64,000 nt of DNA from Macrostomum lignano (GCA_002269645.1 NIVC01000013.1:186001-250000); one strand, 5' to 3'; shown: positions 25,061-39,056, counted from the stretch's first letter. Notes: generated by a model not told the origin, from the letters alone. Numbers and translations: made by a program.

Positions 25061-28000
25061 ATCCGGTGCACACGGCGTACAAGGAAAAATTGGAAAAGCT
25101 CTGGCGGCGCACATGGCGCATAGCGCACAAGAAATTGGATAAACTCTAGCGGCGCACATGGCACATGGCACTGAAAAAATATATAGTTACTCTTCGTTAT
25201 AGTTATATTCGTTACTATACTATCAAAGAGTACTAAAATTATGTAAATCACAATATAAATTACGTAAATGAAATTCAAATTTGTCAACCGTAAATTCAAA
25301 TTTGTTTACCAATGAATTATTAATTAACCGGTAAAAAATAAATAATTAATTGATTAATTAGAACTTTATTTGACATTGACATTAACATTGTATTAATTGA
25401 TCATTGACATCAATTCATCAAATACTGAAATACATTGTCATCAATAGGAGATGGAGTCAAACCCTGAGTCTGAGTTGGAGTCAGAGTCAGACCCTCAGTC
25501 AGTCCAGGTTCAGGCTGAGCCTGCTAATTATAGTGCTATCCAACCTGCTAATTCTACTTCTACTGGATCAACAAATACAAAAGGTAAGAGCTATGCTATC
25601 TAGAGCAGTTTCTCTTCTTAAGTTTATTCACTTATTATCCATTGTTTGTGTGTCAGTAAAACTTATAAACTTATAAACTAATAAAAACTTGATGAAAATA
25701 AAATAAGATAATTCAATTCAATAGCTAGTTGATAATGATAGGTTAGATTGGCATAGTTAACTTATAGCCAATAAGCAAGACATTAGACATATACTAGACC
25801 TAGCACATAAGCACATAGCATTAGCACCTAGTCTAGTCCTAGCATTAATATAGGCATTATAGTACGCTTGTAGACCCTATAATAGGCCTAATATGATATT
25901 ATATTGGTATATTCAGATTGATTCAATTGAGTGATTGCTAATTATTACTACCTATAGGCCTACTATATATATAGTAGAATCTAAATGGATATTGGATATA
26001 TATATAGATTCTTATATATACTAATACCTATAGGTATATAGGCAGGCCTACTATACCTGTAAGCCTACTATATATAATCCAATATATATAGTAGATCCAG
26101 TATATATTGGATTAAATTAATTAAATTAAATTAAAATAAAATAAATTTATTAAGTGAAATTAGTTTGTTTTTTTAATTTATTAATTTGTTAATAAATTTT
26201 AATTGATAGATATATATATATTCATTTTTCCTTTTTTGTCAGCTATTCAGGATTGGTCATTTCTGACTAAATCAAAAGGCATTGGAAAGAGTCATGGCTG
26301 TAAACGTCCAGCAACATCATCAAGTGCATCTGAGCAACCTCCATCAAAGCAACAGTGCCATTCCATTGATGAACACTATTGTTTATCTTGTCTTGAAGAA
26401 GGCAAAGCCATTGCGAATTGCAAGATTTACCGAGGAAATCTTTCTTCCCAACAGCGACATGCCAAAAATCACCATGCTCAGAGCAAAAAGCCTACTAAGT
26501 TTGCTCGACCTGACAATCCTATTGTTCAGCAGCTTCTGAGGACTAGGCAGGCAGAAGCAGATGTATTGACAGAGCCATTAGCCACTGCTGCTGTTGCTTC
26601 TACTGTTGGCGCTACTAGTGCTATGGCTACTGCTACTGATATTTCTGGTGCTACCACCATTCTTCTATCAAGTGGGACTAGAGAAGATACTGAAGGTAGC
26701 CCTGGTATCAGCAGTGTTTCATTGGCAACTACCTCAGCCAGGACTACATTGCTCTGTCAAGTAAGTTATACTGTATGAAGTGTATTCTATAGGATATTAG
26801 AGTTTTATACTCAATATGTTATTCAATTCATAGAACCTTATTTGGCAATAGCAGTATGCATACACTTTATGGGGGAAAATTCAGGAGTTAATAAAAGCTA
26901 TATATTACTATCATACATTATAAGTTTATATTTTTGATGTTGAAGCACAGTTTTTATGTAAAGTTTATGTATTCCCAATTCCCATACAGCCACTAGGTGC
27001 ATCAGCATCATCTACTGGTCTGCTGGCTACTAGTTGTACATCAGCTTCTCCCTTGGTCATTCAGTTGTCAGATGCAGAAGTGTCATGTAAGTCATTAACT
27101 ATAGTGGCACCATAATGCATGGAGCCAGAAGTATTATCAGACTTCTTAAAGTTGCCTTTTATATAACATGCAGGTGCAGCTGCCATGCAGTCTACACCCG
27201 CCATCTCAGCACGACCTGTGATTCCACCTGCCTGTTGTCAAGCTGTTGCACCTCTGGCTGCCATTACTCAACAGCTAACAAGCCATTCAGATCAGCTCTG
27301 TACTATCGTAAAAGCTTTACAAGGTCTGAAGCTAGCTTCATCCGGCCATGCCCCTACAGAGCAAACGAAGTCACAGCTACCAACTGATTGTCTTCACGAT
27401 GCTATGTCTAAGGCCAGATCTGTGCCTGAGCTCCTAGAATCGCCACTCTTGGCTATAGCACCGTGTGGTGAAGATCACATAGTCTATTGTGTCCCATGTT
27501 TCGAGCGCACAAAAAAGATTCGTCTCTTGCCTTCGAGTTATTCTGTGGCCGATATCTTTCGTCATCTGTGAACTTCAATTGTACTATTATATTTATTAGC
27601 ATATGGTATGCTTTAACCTAACCTAAATAAGTTTTTTATGTAACAAGACGTCTTGTATTCCCACATATTTCAAGACAGCCAACAGCAACTGTTACTGAAG
27701 AGTCCACAATGGCCAAGAGCAAATTCAGCAGGAAAGGGTCACTTGCCACTGGCCTATTGGTAACTGCCTAAACAATGCAGAAATACTACGACAACCATGC
27801 GGAGTTCTGCAAATTTCGCTATACTGTTACCACTGGTCATCTTTCTGGAGCATCTGGTGTAGAGCACCGGAAGGCTATTGCTGAAAAGCAAGTGGACCAG
27901 AAGCGCCAGTGTCATAACGAGAAGGTTGTAAAAAATCTGCCTCGATCTGCTGCCTTTGTCATCGAGGCGGCCGCCGCTGGTGTCCATTACGAGAATTTAA

Positions 28001-30830
28001 TGGCCTTTCTAAGCGAATGTGACACCAACATTGGCAACATTGGTCATGGCGAGTGAGTTCCTATTTACTATAATATTGAACTTAGTCATGTGGTAACATA
28101 CTGCTATATAGGTACCTAGATTTGCTTAACATAACTGTAATATAACTTAACATCACCCATCACTTAGGCATATTGGAAAGGAGCTTTGGCAGCTTCTGCA
28201 ATTCTGCATCGACAGCGATGCACGAAAATTCTTTCGGCAGCCTCTTCCATCAACTGGTTTGCCACCACTTTTGACCATCACTTGCGACAAAAGTACGCCT
28301 TCGCATACAACCAACCAGGCGACTCTCATTCTGGCCAGAGATGAGTCGGGAGTAGCCTTGGCAATCCCTGCAGGTGCTCCGCCAGACTACGACGACCGCA
28401 TGGATGCTGGTGGCGAGGCATTGGCAAGCCTTGTTCTGACGACACTGCGAAACTTGGACCCACCAACACGAAACATTGTTGGCTTCGTTGCAGATGGGCA
28501 ATATGCACAAAATGAGCCGTTTATTTGGGGCATCCGGCAGGAGCTCAGCATCGCACCCAACGATGACGAACTCTTGCCAGTTTGCTGGGATGTGGCACAT
28601 TTTCTGAATTTGGCTGTTGAAGATGTACGCAATTGGCAGGAGCTGAAATTTTTTGCTCGCTTCATCAAGCGGGCAAACAGATTCCCGAAGCTTTTCAGCC
28701 GCGGCAAAGGCTTCGCCATTTTGGACACTGCAATGAAGGAACAGGGTGGCGCAAGATCAATTTCGGCATTCGCATCGCAGCGCTTCCTTAGCTCTGCCAT
28801 GCTAATGTGGGATGCGATTGAATCTGTGTACGGGGTAAGAAAGAAATTTTGTATACATGTATTCAGAACCATGTTGGCACCCAACCCAATAGTTCTTATC
28901 AAACTCTAACATCCTTAAATAGGAGCTTCACAGTGCATTTCGAGAGACGCATTCAGACTGCACAAGCAATGAGACATTGCAGTATGAGCTTTTCGGCTGC
29001 GACTTCGTCTTTGACCTGCTAGCCCTACTTGATCTTCTTGGGCCCATCCGACAGTTGATGGAAGTTGTGCAGGACCTCTAACAGCCATACTGGAAGCTTC
29101 ATCTGCTTTGGGCTAAAGTCGCTGACTTCCTGAACCGCCGTGCGACCGAATTCAATGTAAAGGACTACCCACGTCTGAAGAACTGTTATGAATCCATTGT
29201 TCCAGGCGGCTCATACCGAGGTGCGCGTCTGCTAGATGGATGGCTTGTGGACGACGAAGACGCAGCTAGTGACAAGGTTCGATGGATTGCTCGGGAGCGC
29301 TCAGACATCCAAGCAGACTTCATACGACTTGCAGCAGCACTCCATGATAGTCTCGCTGCCCGAGTTGCTAAGGCCACTAGACGCTCAGCTATTGCTGCTG
29401 GTGACGCGGCAGTCATGGATGTTGCTTCCATCATTTCTCTTCTGGCAGATGACGATGTTGAAGTCAGCATTGAGTGTTGGACCAACTCTAATGCAGTGCA
29501 TGCGTTTGTGGCTCAAGCATCGCGGCACAAGTTCCTTGGTGTCAATGCATTGTTGGCACGAAAGTATTTAGTGGACTATGTTGCTGCAATTCGTTGTGCT
29601 TTCATGACAGGCAAGGGTCGCGAAACTTGGCTGTCGCCTAGTGTTACTGGGCCAATCGTGCAATTTGCTGTAGCTGCTGAGACTGAATCCACCAGATGCA
29701 ACTTTTGTCTTCAACTTGACATCACTACTGAATCAGGCAATCACGTCAAGACATGCCTCAACGACGTCGCTATCTATACAGCGTTCTACAATGACCCACG
29801 GTTGTATTGAGTTGCTGGCCAGGAAGTGTGTCGGCTGCTGGATTTCGCTCTACACTGTGGCAGTACAGGTAATTACTTTGCACCTTGTGACCTTCATATA
29901 TTTGATTTTGGATAGATGTATCTAGTGACTAGTGTAGAATTTTGGTGAATACACATAATGCAGAAACGCTACCTTATTATTCTAGTTGTTATTAAAATTA
30001 TTAACATTCAACTTTCAGAGGCTGTCGTAGAAAGCTTCTATGCCGTAATGCATTCTCAACAGCAGCATGGAGGCCAGAGCAATTCGACCTTGGAGCTTCA
30101 GTCCAGGCTACATGCTTGGACGCAACCTTGGGATTCACTTGGCCATTTCTATTGGCAACACACACATGTATGTTGCTATTGGACAGAAAAGTAGTCACGT
30201 GACTGCTCTCAGCCAATAGCGACTTACATGTGTGTGTTGCCAATAGAAATGGCCGGGTGATTCCCAAGGTTGCGAACGTATACCAGGCTATGATGGATGA
30301 TGCCTCCAATCAGCTCACCGCAGTGTCAAAATCTTCTCTCGCAAGCCGCGCCTCTTTTCTTCAAGGGCAACGCCGAGCACAAGATCAGGCCTCACCGTGG
30401 CCCTTTCTTTCACAATCTGAGAAAAAGGGCAGCCAAAAAATATGGCGTCGGAAAGGTAGTCGACTGACTCACATCAAAGGCCCCACGACTGCCATTTATC
30501 GGTCGCTATATGGGCCATGTGGCAGAGCAGGAGCCCGAGGTCAACTACAATGATGCCTGTTCTGATGACAGCTCCAATGCCAGTGAAGAGTCCAGCGATT
30601 CGGACATTGACTAATGAGTATTACTCATCCATTGTGTATGACTTATGTAATGCCACTTTAACCTTACCTTATCTTACCTTACCTTAGACTTACCTTATCA
30701 TGGCATGCTGTGGCGCACAAAATCTTTTCTTCACGGCGCACGGCGCACAGTGCTCAAAAGCCATCAAAATAGTTCTGGTGCACACTGTGCCACCTTCTCG
30801 ACTATGGATCGGGATCGCATCCGACCCCTA
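25060..30830 (+). mobile_element. hAT-superfamily DNA transposon; boundaries approximate
   Basis: GGCGCACA/GGTGCACA subterminal motifs at both ends (25065-25170 and 30705-30795) around a spliced transposase. Confidence 0.7.
26240..30613 (+). pseudogene. Multi-exon hAT-like transposase (approx. exons 26240-26760, 26989-27087, 27178-27557, 27677-28052, 28170-28828, 28923-29868, 30019-30613)
   Basis: BED-like CLSC...H..NHH finger; TCDKST (D), VADGQY (D), WDVAH, STEAVVESFYAVM (E); in-frame stops near 29079 and 29808. Confidence 0.75.
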
Positions 30831-32094
30831 TAATACACTATAAAATTTAAGTTAAAATGTGGTTACTGTGCATGTAATTTAAACACTGGGTGGACAGCTG
30901 CCCTGCACACAAGCTCTCAGTTAAATTTTAGCTTAAGAAAGATTATAAATAATAAATAAAGCTAAGTAAGAGTTAGACTAAGATAAGTCTATACTCTCAA
31001 TAATTTTGAGTGCACAAAGGAATTTATCCTAGAACTAAATGTATACAATGCATGCTAAACCAAATGCATTTCAGAAAAATTTACATTGGCATAAACCACA
31101 TGACCCATGTTATGAATAATGAATGATAGGCTCAGCCTATGCATAATTCATTTTCATTGATATCTTTTTTGTCTCTATAATTAAATTAGTAATTCTAAAT
31201 ACAAACCAAGAAATATAAAGATGAAAAACTTGCTCTAGCAGGTACAAGTCAAGTCAAGTTAAGTTAGGCTAGGCCTAGTATAGTATAGATAGTAAGTCTA
31301 ATAAAGGAGTTAATGACATTAGAAAAATAAAAACTAATTTATACTGTACACTATAGGGAAAGGCATATGCATAGAAAACTTATGCACCTAAGGCTATATT
31401 ACATGTATTAGGCTTATTACATGCATTTTTTATTATTTTTTAATTTTTCATGGGCGTATAAGTAATAGCAAAAAATAGCTATAACTAGGGCCTAACTATA
31501 AATATAAGTATAACTAGGCCTATGTAACTTAATATTAAAATGTGTCAAACAGCTCGAAACTATTTGACACAATAAATAAGCAAACACAGGCACTCACAGT
31601 CATAAGAGCTGCAGGCTGCCGAGGGGGGGGGGGCAGAAAAATTCAGCATTGGGAGACCTTGTTGTCCGGTCGATCTGATTTCATCGCGAGCTCTGAATCG
31701 AGCGCGTAGCTTTTCGGCCGTTTAAAACAGTGCCGTTCCTGACGATTTAAACAAACTCGGGCAAAGATCTAGGATGCCGATAAAAGGGGAGCTCCGTCTG
31801 CTGAGTTCCTCAGGCTCAGGGGGAGGGTAGCTGTGGTCGCGGCTGAGCGGTCTAGTTTTTCCGTCAATCTGGCACCGATGAAATCGGGTGAAAAGGTACA
31901 ACTTTCTTACGATAAGATCGGACAGTATAGCATGTCGACTGCCATCACGACATGACTTTCTCTAGATTAAAAGTGGAATATATAGCTTCCTATAGGCCCT
32001 CTGAATGCAGAAATCGTCGCCGATACGGGGAGACAAAATAAACTAATTTATCGAATTTTTTACTGTGAATAGTAGTTTGCTGAAACCGTAACCC

Positions 32095-35000
32095 CCCAGT
32101 GAAAAATGATTCATGGATTCCACGTGGGTTCCACGTGGCCATGTGGAATTTAAATGTTTCTTTATTTTTTGCAAATTATTAACTTAAAGATGACATAATG
32201 GTATGCAAAGTATTTTTTATGCATTATTTTTTTATTTTTACTGTCCTAATGTTGATGTGGATTTTACAAGGAATTCATGAGAAATAAGCGTAAATTGATT
32301 CAACATGGAATCCACTTCGGTAAAAAACTGTGATACACCACATTCAGACATTTTTAGGAAATTACTATAATTAATTATTATATTTATATGTTAATTTTTA
32401 AGTAAAAATTAATGTCTTAAAGCTAAATTTTAATCGGCAAATAAGACACTGTTTGTTAAAATAGACAAAATAGAAGTGAACAATAAAAAACGCTTCGTGC
32501 TTTTTAAAATTAAATTTATTTTATTCGTCAATGTTTTGATTCAAGGCCTTGAAAGATAAATTGCCTTGTTTATGGCTATTTAAGCACCTTAAAAATTTTA
32601 GTAGACCTAGCCTATAGGCAATAACTTATCAGGCCATAGCCTCCATGAGATTAGAAATTAGATAAATCAGTATTTTATCATAGATTGGCCTAATACTTTT
32701 GGTAAAATCCATGATAAATTTATTTAGGCCTAGGCCTCCAATTTCTAGGAATCCCATGGCCATGTCCATAGATTGGCTACTCATTTTTTTAACTTAAATA
32801 GGCCTTTAGAAGTTCATAATTTCCTCTTAGTCCTACCTATTAGTCCTATCTATTTATATGTATGCTTAATAGGTGTATTTTAAGCTAGGCCTGCTATAAC
32901 TATCAATTTAGGTCCTTCTATTTTAATTAAGGTTAGGACTAGCTTGACTTTGTGAATTGTGACTAGTCAATCTAGTTAATATGTTAAAAATCAATTAATT
33001 TATGATTTTCTTCAAAAAAGTCTGTTAGCATCTTTTGGACTTGTTGCATTTTTAAAAACAATATTATTAATTATAATAAATAATTCTTTGCAATTACACT
33101 TGCAACTTGCTTTTAGCATAGCTAGCCTAGCAGATCCCTAAGGTTGCTAATAAAAATAAAGAATGATTATTATAAATTTGATCTGATTTAGGCCAAGTCC
33201 AGAATTTAATTTTAAGCCATAGGGCATAGCTATTTAGGCTTAGGTTAGGCCTAGGCCTAATGTTTAATTATACTATTTTTTTTATTAGAGGCAGGCGGGT
33301 TGTGTGCACCCTGGCGCACTTTAAGCGACATAGGCACACAACTGGCAAGAGGCATTGCTGCCCATTCCGCCGACTTCCCTGAGCAGGCACACAAGTATTT
33401 GGATATGTATGCAAGCACACTCACACAGGAATGTATAGCGGCCCTAGCTTTATTTATCGTTAGGCATGTATACTTCACTGTGCCTTGGGGGGTTGGCTCT
33501 CAAGGCCATTAATTGCATGAGCAGAGAGCCAAGCTGAGATTCCAATTCAGCCCCAAATTAATATGACTGCACTTGGATTCGAGCTTAGGTCGCTGGCACA
33601 CCAGAGCAGCTGCGCTACCACTTGGCTACGGCCCCCCTTTTAATCATACTAGGCCAGCAAATATAAAAAACATGCATTGCTTTGCCTAAATACTTTATAG
33701 TCTAAAATCAATTTTAAAATAAAAAATTAAATTTATAGAAACATGTATTAATTATTTTTATACTTATTATTTTAATTTTATTAATTTTATTTTATTGATT
33801 GACTTAGGTAGGGTTTTCTTTTTTGCTAGAGACAAGGTGCAAAATCATACCCTATGCTCACTTTTAAGGTTTTATGATTTTAAGGCTTAGAATGCAGTTT
33901 CTTTTTTTTCTTATATAAAGGCAATGCAAATAAGGCTTCAACATAAAAATAGGTAATGAGATTGCACCTAAACTGTATCAACTTTTTAATTTCAGTTTTC
34001 AAGGTACAATTTCAAGATTTAGGGTGCACTTGACTTACTTGACTTAGCTGCAGGGGGCTCTGTGCATCCGGAAACAGCGAGGAGGCATTGCTGCCCATTT
34101 TGCTAACCCCTGGCAAAGGCATATGCACACTTTGCGCTTAAAAAATAAACCTAGGACTTAGGCCTAGTTAATTTTAAAATAAACTTTATTAAGTATTCAT
34201 CCTTAAATTAGTTTTATGAATTATATCAATATTATCTATCAATCTTAATTGGCAACAATTATTTTTCTATTTCATTTCAGCCTAACATTACATGGCCCAT
34301 CCTCAAACTTGGATGTCACCTTGGTCTTGCCTTTGAAGAAGCATGCAAAGCTACTTGGAATTGGAATTTAATATCTCGAATGCTACCTTTTGTGAAGCAA
34401 TGGTAAGTTTTAGTTATAAACTGATTTTTTCTGTCATCAAAATCTGTTATAAGATCAAAATCTATCAAAATCTATTACAAAATCTATTATCAATCTGTTA
34501 TAAAATTCTGTAATTTAACCCCTTTCTTTTCTAAGGTTGCTCACCTGACCTGAAGAAGCAGCATTCTGGCAATTGGCAGCAGCATGTTTCTGACTGTTCT
34601 AATTCTGGTGCATTATATTATTGTTAATTAATTAATGCTATTGACAATGTCAATTTCAAATTATATATTATATCATATGCGCAGCGCAACTCTAAAGATA
34701 TCAATATCTACATCAGTGTGTTTATTCTTTGTGTGCTAGTGACTCACTACTGTACATAAATACACCTTACTTATTGATACATCCTTTTTGAATATATTTT
34801 TGTGCAGAAATATTTTTGGCTATAGCTAATGTTTTATCTGTGTTTCAGTTTCTTTTATATGGTATTGAGATCTGGGGTTTGTATGAAATTTTGAGATCTG
34901 GTATTATTTTGAGATTTAGGATGCAACAATTTATTATGGCAACCAGTATAATGGCTGCTTACTCAATGACAATGTGGATTCTATGTGAAATACATAATTA

Positions 35001-35123
35001 CTTCCATGTGGATCTTCCATGTGGAATCCATATCTTGATTCCACATGGATGGACGGAGACAAATGCACATATGGATTTCATATGAAAAATCCACATGGAA
35101 TCCATATCATTTTTTTCACTGGG
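32095..35123. mobile_element. Non-autonomous EnSpm/CACTA (CMC)-type element, 3.0 kb
   Basis: TIR CCCAGTGAAAAATGAT..ATGGATTCCA at 32095 with its inverse ending at 35123; 2-bp TSD CC; ccacgtgg/ccacatgg subterminal repeats. Confidence 0.8.
33450..33636 (-). mobile_element. tRNA-derived SINE; head at ~33570-33636, 3' end uncertain
   Basis: Minus strand GGGGCCGTAGCCAAGTGGT (A box) ... GCTCGAATCC (B box); no complete cloverleaf. Confidence 0.6.
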
Positions 35124-35232
35124 CCAGTAAAAAAGGGTTTTTGAATTCTTCAATTTTTCAATTTGAATTGAAGTTAGAATTGAATTCGATTGGAATCTGA
35201 TCAGAATTTAATCGGCAGTCGGCAGGCAGAAC

Positions 35233-35626
35233 GGTAACCGGTCGTTTCGCCCAAAAACCGTTTCGGCCATGGACATTTCGCCCCCAGACCATTTTGCCCA
35301 CAGACCGTTTCGCCCACAGACCGTTTCGGCCATGGACCGTTTTGCCTCCATGAGACTGGGGACAACCAACGATACGATTTATTATAAGCGAGGTTCAATA
35401 AGTAGCCACCCCCACTTCCAGGGCTAAAACACCAACAATCCGCATGACCTATACTCAATATTACAAATTAAAACTAAAAATTAGCATTGAAAAAATAAAG
35501 ATATATGTATTTCTGTCTCTAAAATACATAATGACCATTTTGGCCGAAACGCCTGCATTGCCAAACTGGTTTATGGGCGAAACAGATTATGGGCAAAATG
35601 GTCTAGGGGCGAAACAACCGGAATTC
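35233..35626. mobile_element. MULE-type MITE with ~15-bp subterminal repeats
   Basis: Left ccggtcgtttcgccc repeats; right inverted gggcgaaacaaccgg; same architecture as the MULE at 58.4-61.1 kb. Confidence 0.6.
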
Positions 35627-37289
35627 GGCCGAGATTCGACAGTGCGATTTTCCGGTTTAAGCGAGCAAACTCAACCCAGGCAGCAATTCCAAAGTTTCAA
35701 AACCACTTCCACATTGGTGTCAGCAACCGACGACAAAATCGTGTGTCCCAAATTGCCCCCACCTTCGATCATTCCGTTATCTTGGTGAAAGCGATAGCGT
35801 TAAAACAAAAAATCGTAACTTATTTTTAACTCTTAATTTTGTTAAGTTAATTAAAAATTAATTGATACATGTAATTGTTAATAAGCCTTAATTAGTCAGC
35901 GTTAACACAGAAAATACAGGAATTTTTGCCTTTCTCAGAAAACAGACTTCAAAATAATGCAGGTCTTTAAGGCTTTTCTATCTTTTCAGCCGACAAAGAT
36001 CAGGGTCATTCTAAGCCATTCAGCGATAAAAGAGTGAAAAATAATAAGTAAAAACTTGTATGCAAAAAATACTAACTGAATGTAAGCATAAGGTAAAAGA
36101 ATTAAGTAACTTATTTATTTGAAACTTGAAATAATGAATCAAAATACGACAGGAAGGTAAATGTACGTTGTTTCAAAGCAGCAGAAAGTTACGAGAGATT
36201 TAGAAAGAAGTGAACCAAAAGCGATGCTCACGTGGGAGCAATATTTAAAATTTATAATTTTATTAATAAGTAAGAAGTTGTTACATGTACACTTGTATCA
36301 TACATGTATTTATGATCTATCATTGTAAACAAAAAGATTAATCAGGTACTTTATACATACATAATGCAGGTAAGTAACTTTATTCAGACTAATTATGTAT
36401 TTTTCCCTTTCTTTTGATGGACTTTTTGGTCTCTCGTTGGCAGTCATTCTCGTAACGATTGTTTTTCGATAACCGACAAAATTGTTAAAGCAAATTTGTT
36501 AATCTTCCTTAAGCAAAAAAAATCTTAATAACGACAGTCACGATCCGTTCACGTTGATGAAAAATCTTAACGCTATATGATTTCTGGATATGATTATTAC
36601 TGTAATTAACGGATCACGCTGGTACCCAACAGGCCAACACTGCACGCATTATATCTATGAATTAACAATGGGGGCATCTGGTACATCGACGGGAATACAA
36701 AAATTTCTATACCCTCTCCAAACGTCTGTTTGAAATTGAACTGGGGTTTAAAATTCTGAAATGCATGTAATGGAGCATGCATGTAAATCAAGAACACATG
36801 ATGTGCACAATAAGAATTTAATTCCTGCGAGTCTTTTTACAATTTTTTATATTTTCCTGAGCTTGTGTACCTGCTGATTCGCCAGTGCTCCGGCTGCTCC
36901 ACTACAGCATTGTCCCACCATCAGAGATGGTCTGTCCTTGAGCTCATATCTCATGTCTGTCTGTCCGTCGCAGGAGCTGCGTGACGGAGCCCCGTGACAG
37001 GCTGTGCACTCGACGCTTGCATGTGTAATGGGCCTCAATAATTACTACAAAGTGTCTTAAAAAATTGCATTTTAAAAATACTACTGTTGTTATATTACGC
37101 GAATAATAAATTTCTGATATTCAATATATTCTGTATATTATGTATTTTCGTGTTTTGTTTTAAATAGTAGGAAAAATTTTACTAAAAAAGGAAGTCAGTT
37201 GAAGGCCAGGAAAAAAACCTTGTTTGAAACTTGTTCTAGTATACTATAGTTCAGCTTTTCAAAACTGAAAGATTGGGAGAATTCAATCC

Positions 37290-37990
37290 GTGTTTAGAGA
37301 ACGAGATATTCAGATTTAGAATCGGAAGAAATCGCCTTAGAAGGCAGAAATCCTACCACAGGGTAGAATGGCCCAGACTCAGGAGTCTGAGAAACCCGCC
37401 TCAGGGCAGAATACTCAGCAAGTAAGCTGTTACCCCTCTGATCCCGGGAACGCCCAGGACTGAGAGAAAAAAAATTAAATTTCTTAGAGGAGTCTAGGGA
37501 TAGAGTACACAGTGCCATCGGACCGCTCAGGCCATGCAGAAGTATAGTAGTACATACATACACGCTACCAGTAGATAAATTCATGCTCTACCAGTAACAT
37601 ATGCATATAGGAAATAATCAATAAAAGTAACAGCATGATAGGAACCATAGAAACAACTTTGGTGGCTAAACGGTGGGATTAAATAGAGAGAAGTTTAGCC
37701 CTCCAACAACTTAGTGGCAGCTTTAGGAAATTTACAGAGTAGGAATTAGAAAAAGTAGCCCTACAACCCATGCCTTGAGGTCTCTTGCCCTGCTGCCTCC
37801 ACGTGGACCATGTTGAAGGTCTTCAGGCTCATCAGGTTTCAGCTGGCGCGGAGACTTGAAAAAATCAGAGGAGACCAAGCGCATTTTCGCCGAAATACAG
37901 AGCAGAGCCACCCCTCCGCCTCCTCCTAGCGTCCTTGGGTCTTTACCCTCCAGAATCCACACCCCCTCAACAAATGTCTGGTTGCGCGAC
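37290..37990 (+). mobile_element. Degraded LTR/PBS/gag-like remnant
   Basis: TGGTGGCTAAACGGTGGGATT at 37660 resembles the tRNA-Leu PBS TGGTGGCAGCGGTGGGATT; a Pro-rich broken frame follows. Confidence 0.35.
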
Positions 37991-38189
37991 TGATTATATA
38001 ACCAGCATGAACAGTGTGCATTTCACTAAATTACAAATGATCATTACATATATTCGACCTACACCTATGAGCAACATCAGAAACACAAACTTTATCCACG
38101 GGTCTGTTATTACCCTTCTCCTTTATTCCCTCACATCTCCTTTCTCCTATCTCTCTTCCTGTCTTCTCTATACTCTCTCCATCAGGAGG

Positions 38190-38475
38190 GGTCGCCATCA
38201 CAAACCCGAAAAATCATAACTCCGAAAGCACTTCCCATCATAAACCCGAAATATCAAACCCGAAAAATCACAAACCCGAAATATCACAAACCCGAAATAT
38301 CATAACTCCGAAATCGACAGCAACGCACATCATCAACCCGAAGTATCACAAGCCCAAAATATCATAACTCCGAAAACCAAAATAGTGTTGGACATTGCTA
38401 GCAATTACGGAGTTATGATATTTCGGGTTTATGATAGAGAGCGCTTTTTGGAGTTGTGATTATTCGGGTTTGGAT
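38190..38475. mobile_element. MITE with ~15-bp subterminal repeats (atcataactccgaa / atcacaaacccgaa)
   Basis: About 9 left-facing copies and inverted copies at 38408-38472. Confidence 0.6.
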
Positions 38476-39056
38476 ACATAATTTGGAACTATAGCTACTG
38501 CCGTACACATATACTTGGCATCTGCATCTGGACCTAACAAGGTGCTAGTGTAATATCTCTGGTATATACATACAGGTACATATTATAGTCCCCCATTCCT
38601 CCTTTATATAATGCCTCGATACGTTTTGAAATAGAAACAATATATTTCGCACAAACATTTTTATAGTTTGAGTGCCACTGCTTCATTCTGGAAAGCTGGG
38701 GGGTGGGGGCAGGCTAGACTTAGAGTATCCGCTTCCTAGAAGCCGAGCAAACAAAGAGACTTCTCAATGATGATTTCTACGGCATACAGCGTACGCGCCT
38801 AAGAAAGCTTTCTGTCGCATGCTGGGGCACGAAAATGAATTCAAAGAAACACGCACAGAGAAAGCAGAAAGAGTGGAGAGGCTACACGAAGGAGAGATGT
38901 TAGCCAATTGGAACAAATCCTTGTTGCTAAAGTAAAATGCTATGAAGGATCTCCTGCACTGCATAAAAATGAGAATTTTATAAAAATTATGCTAATTTAT
39001 ACCGCTATGGTATTTCTCTGCTAGAGATATTGATAGTTTAAAACCAGGAAACCGCC

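Noticed and set aside
33570-33636. Functional tRNA gene
   Set aside because: No proper acceptor or anticodon stems; treated as a SINE head
36606-37045. Two-exon minus-strand mini-gene (CTACHG...QQ|NFKPQF)
   Set aside because: The junction is in phase, but there is no ATG or in-frame upstream acceptor and no recognisable homology
38788-38930. Possible extra upstream exon of the membrane-protein gene
   Set aside because: The gene already has a Kozak ATG and signal peptide at 39057, and the phase does not connect
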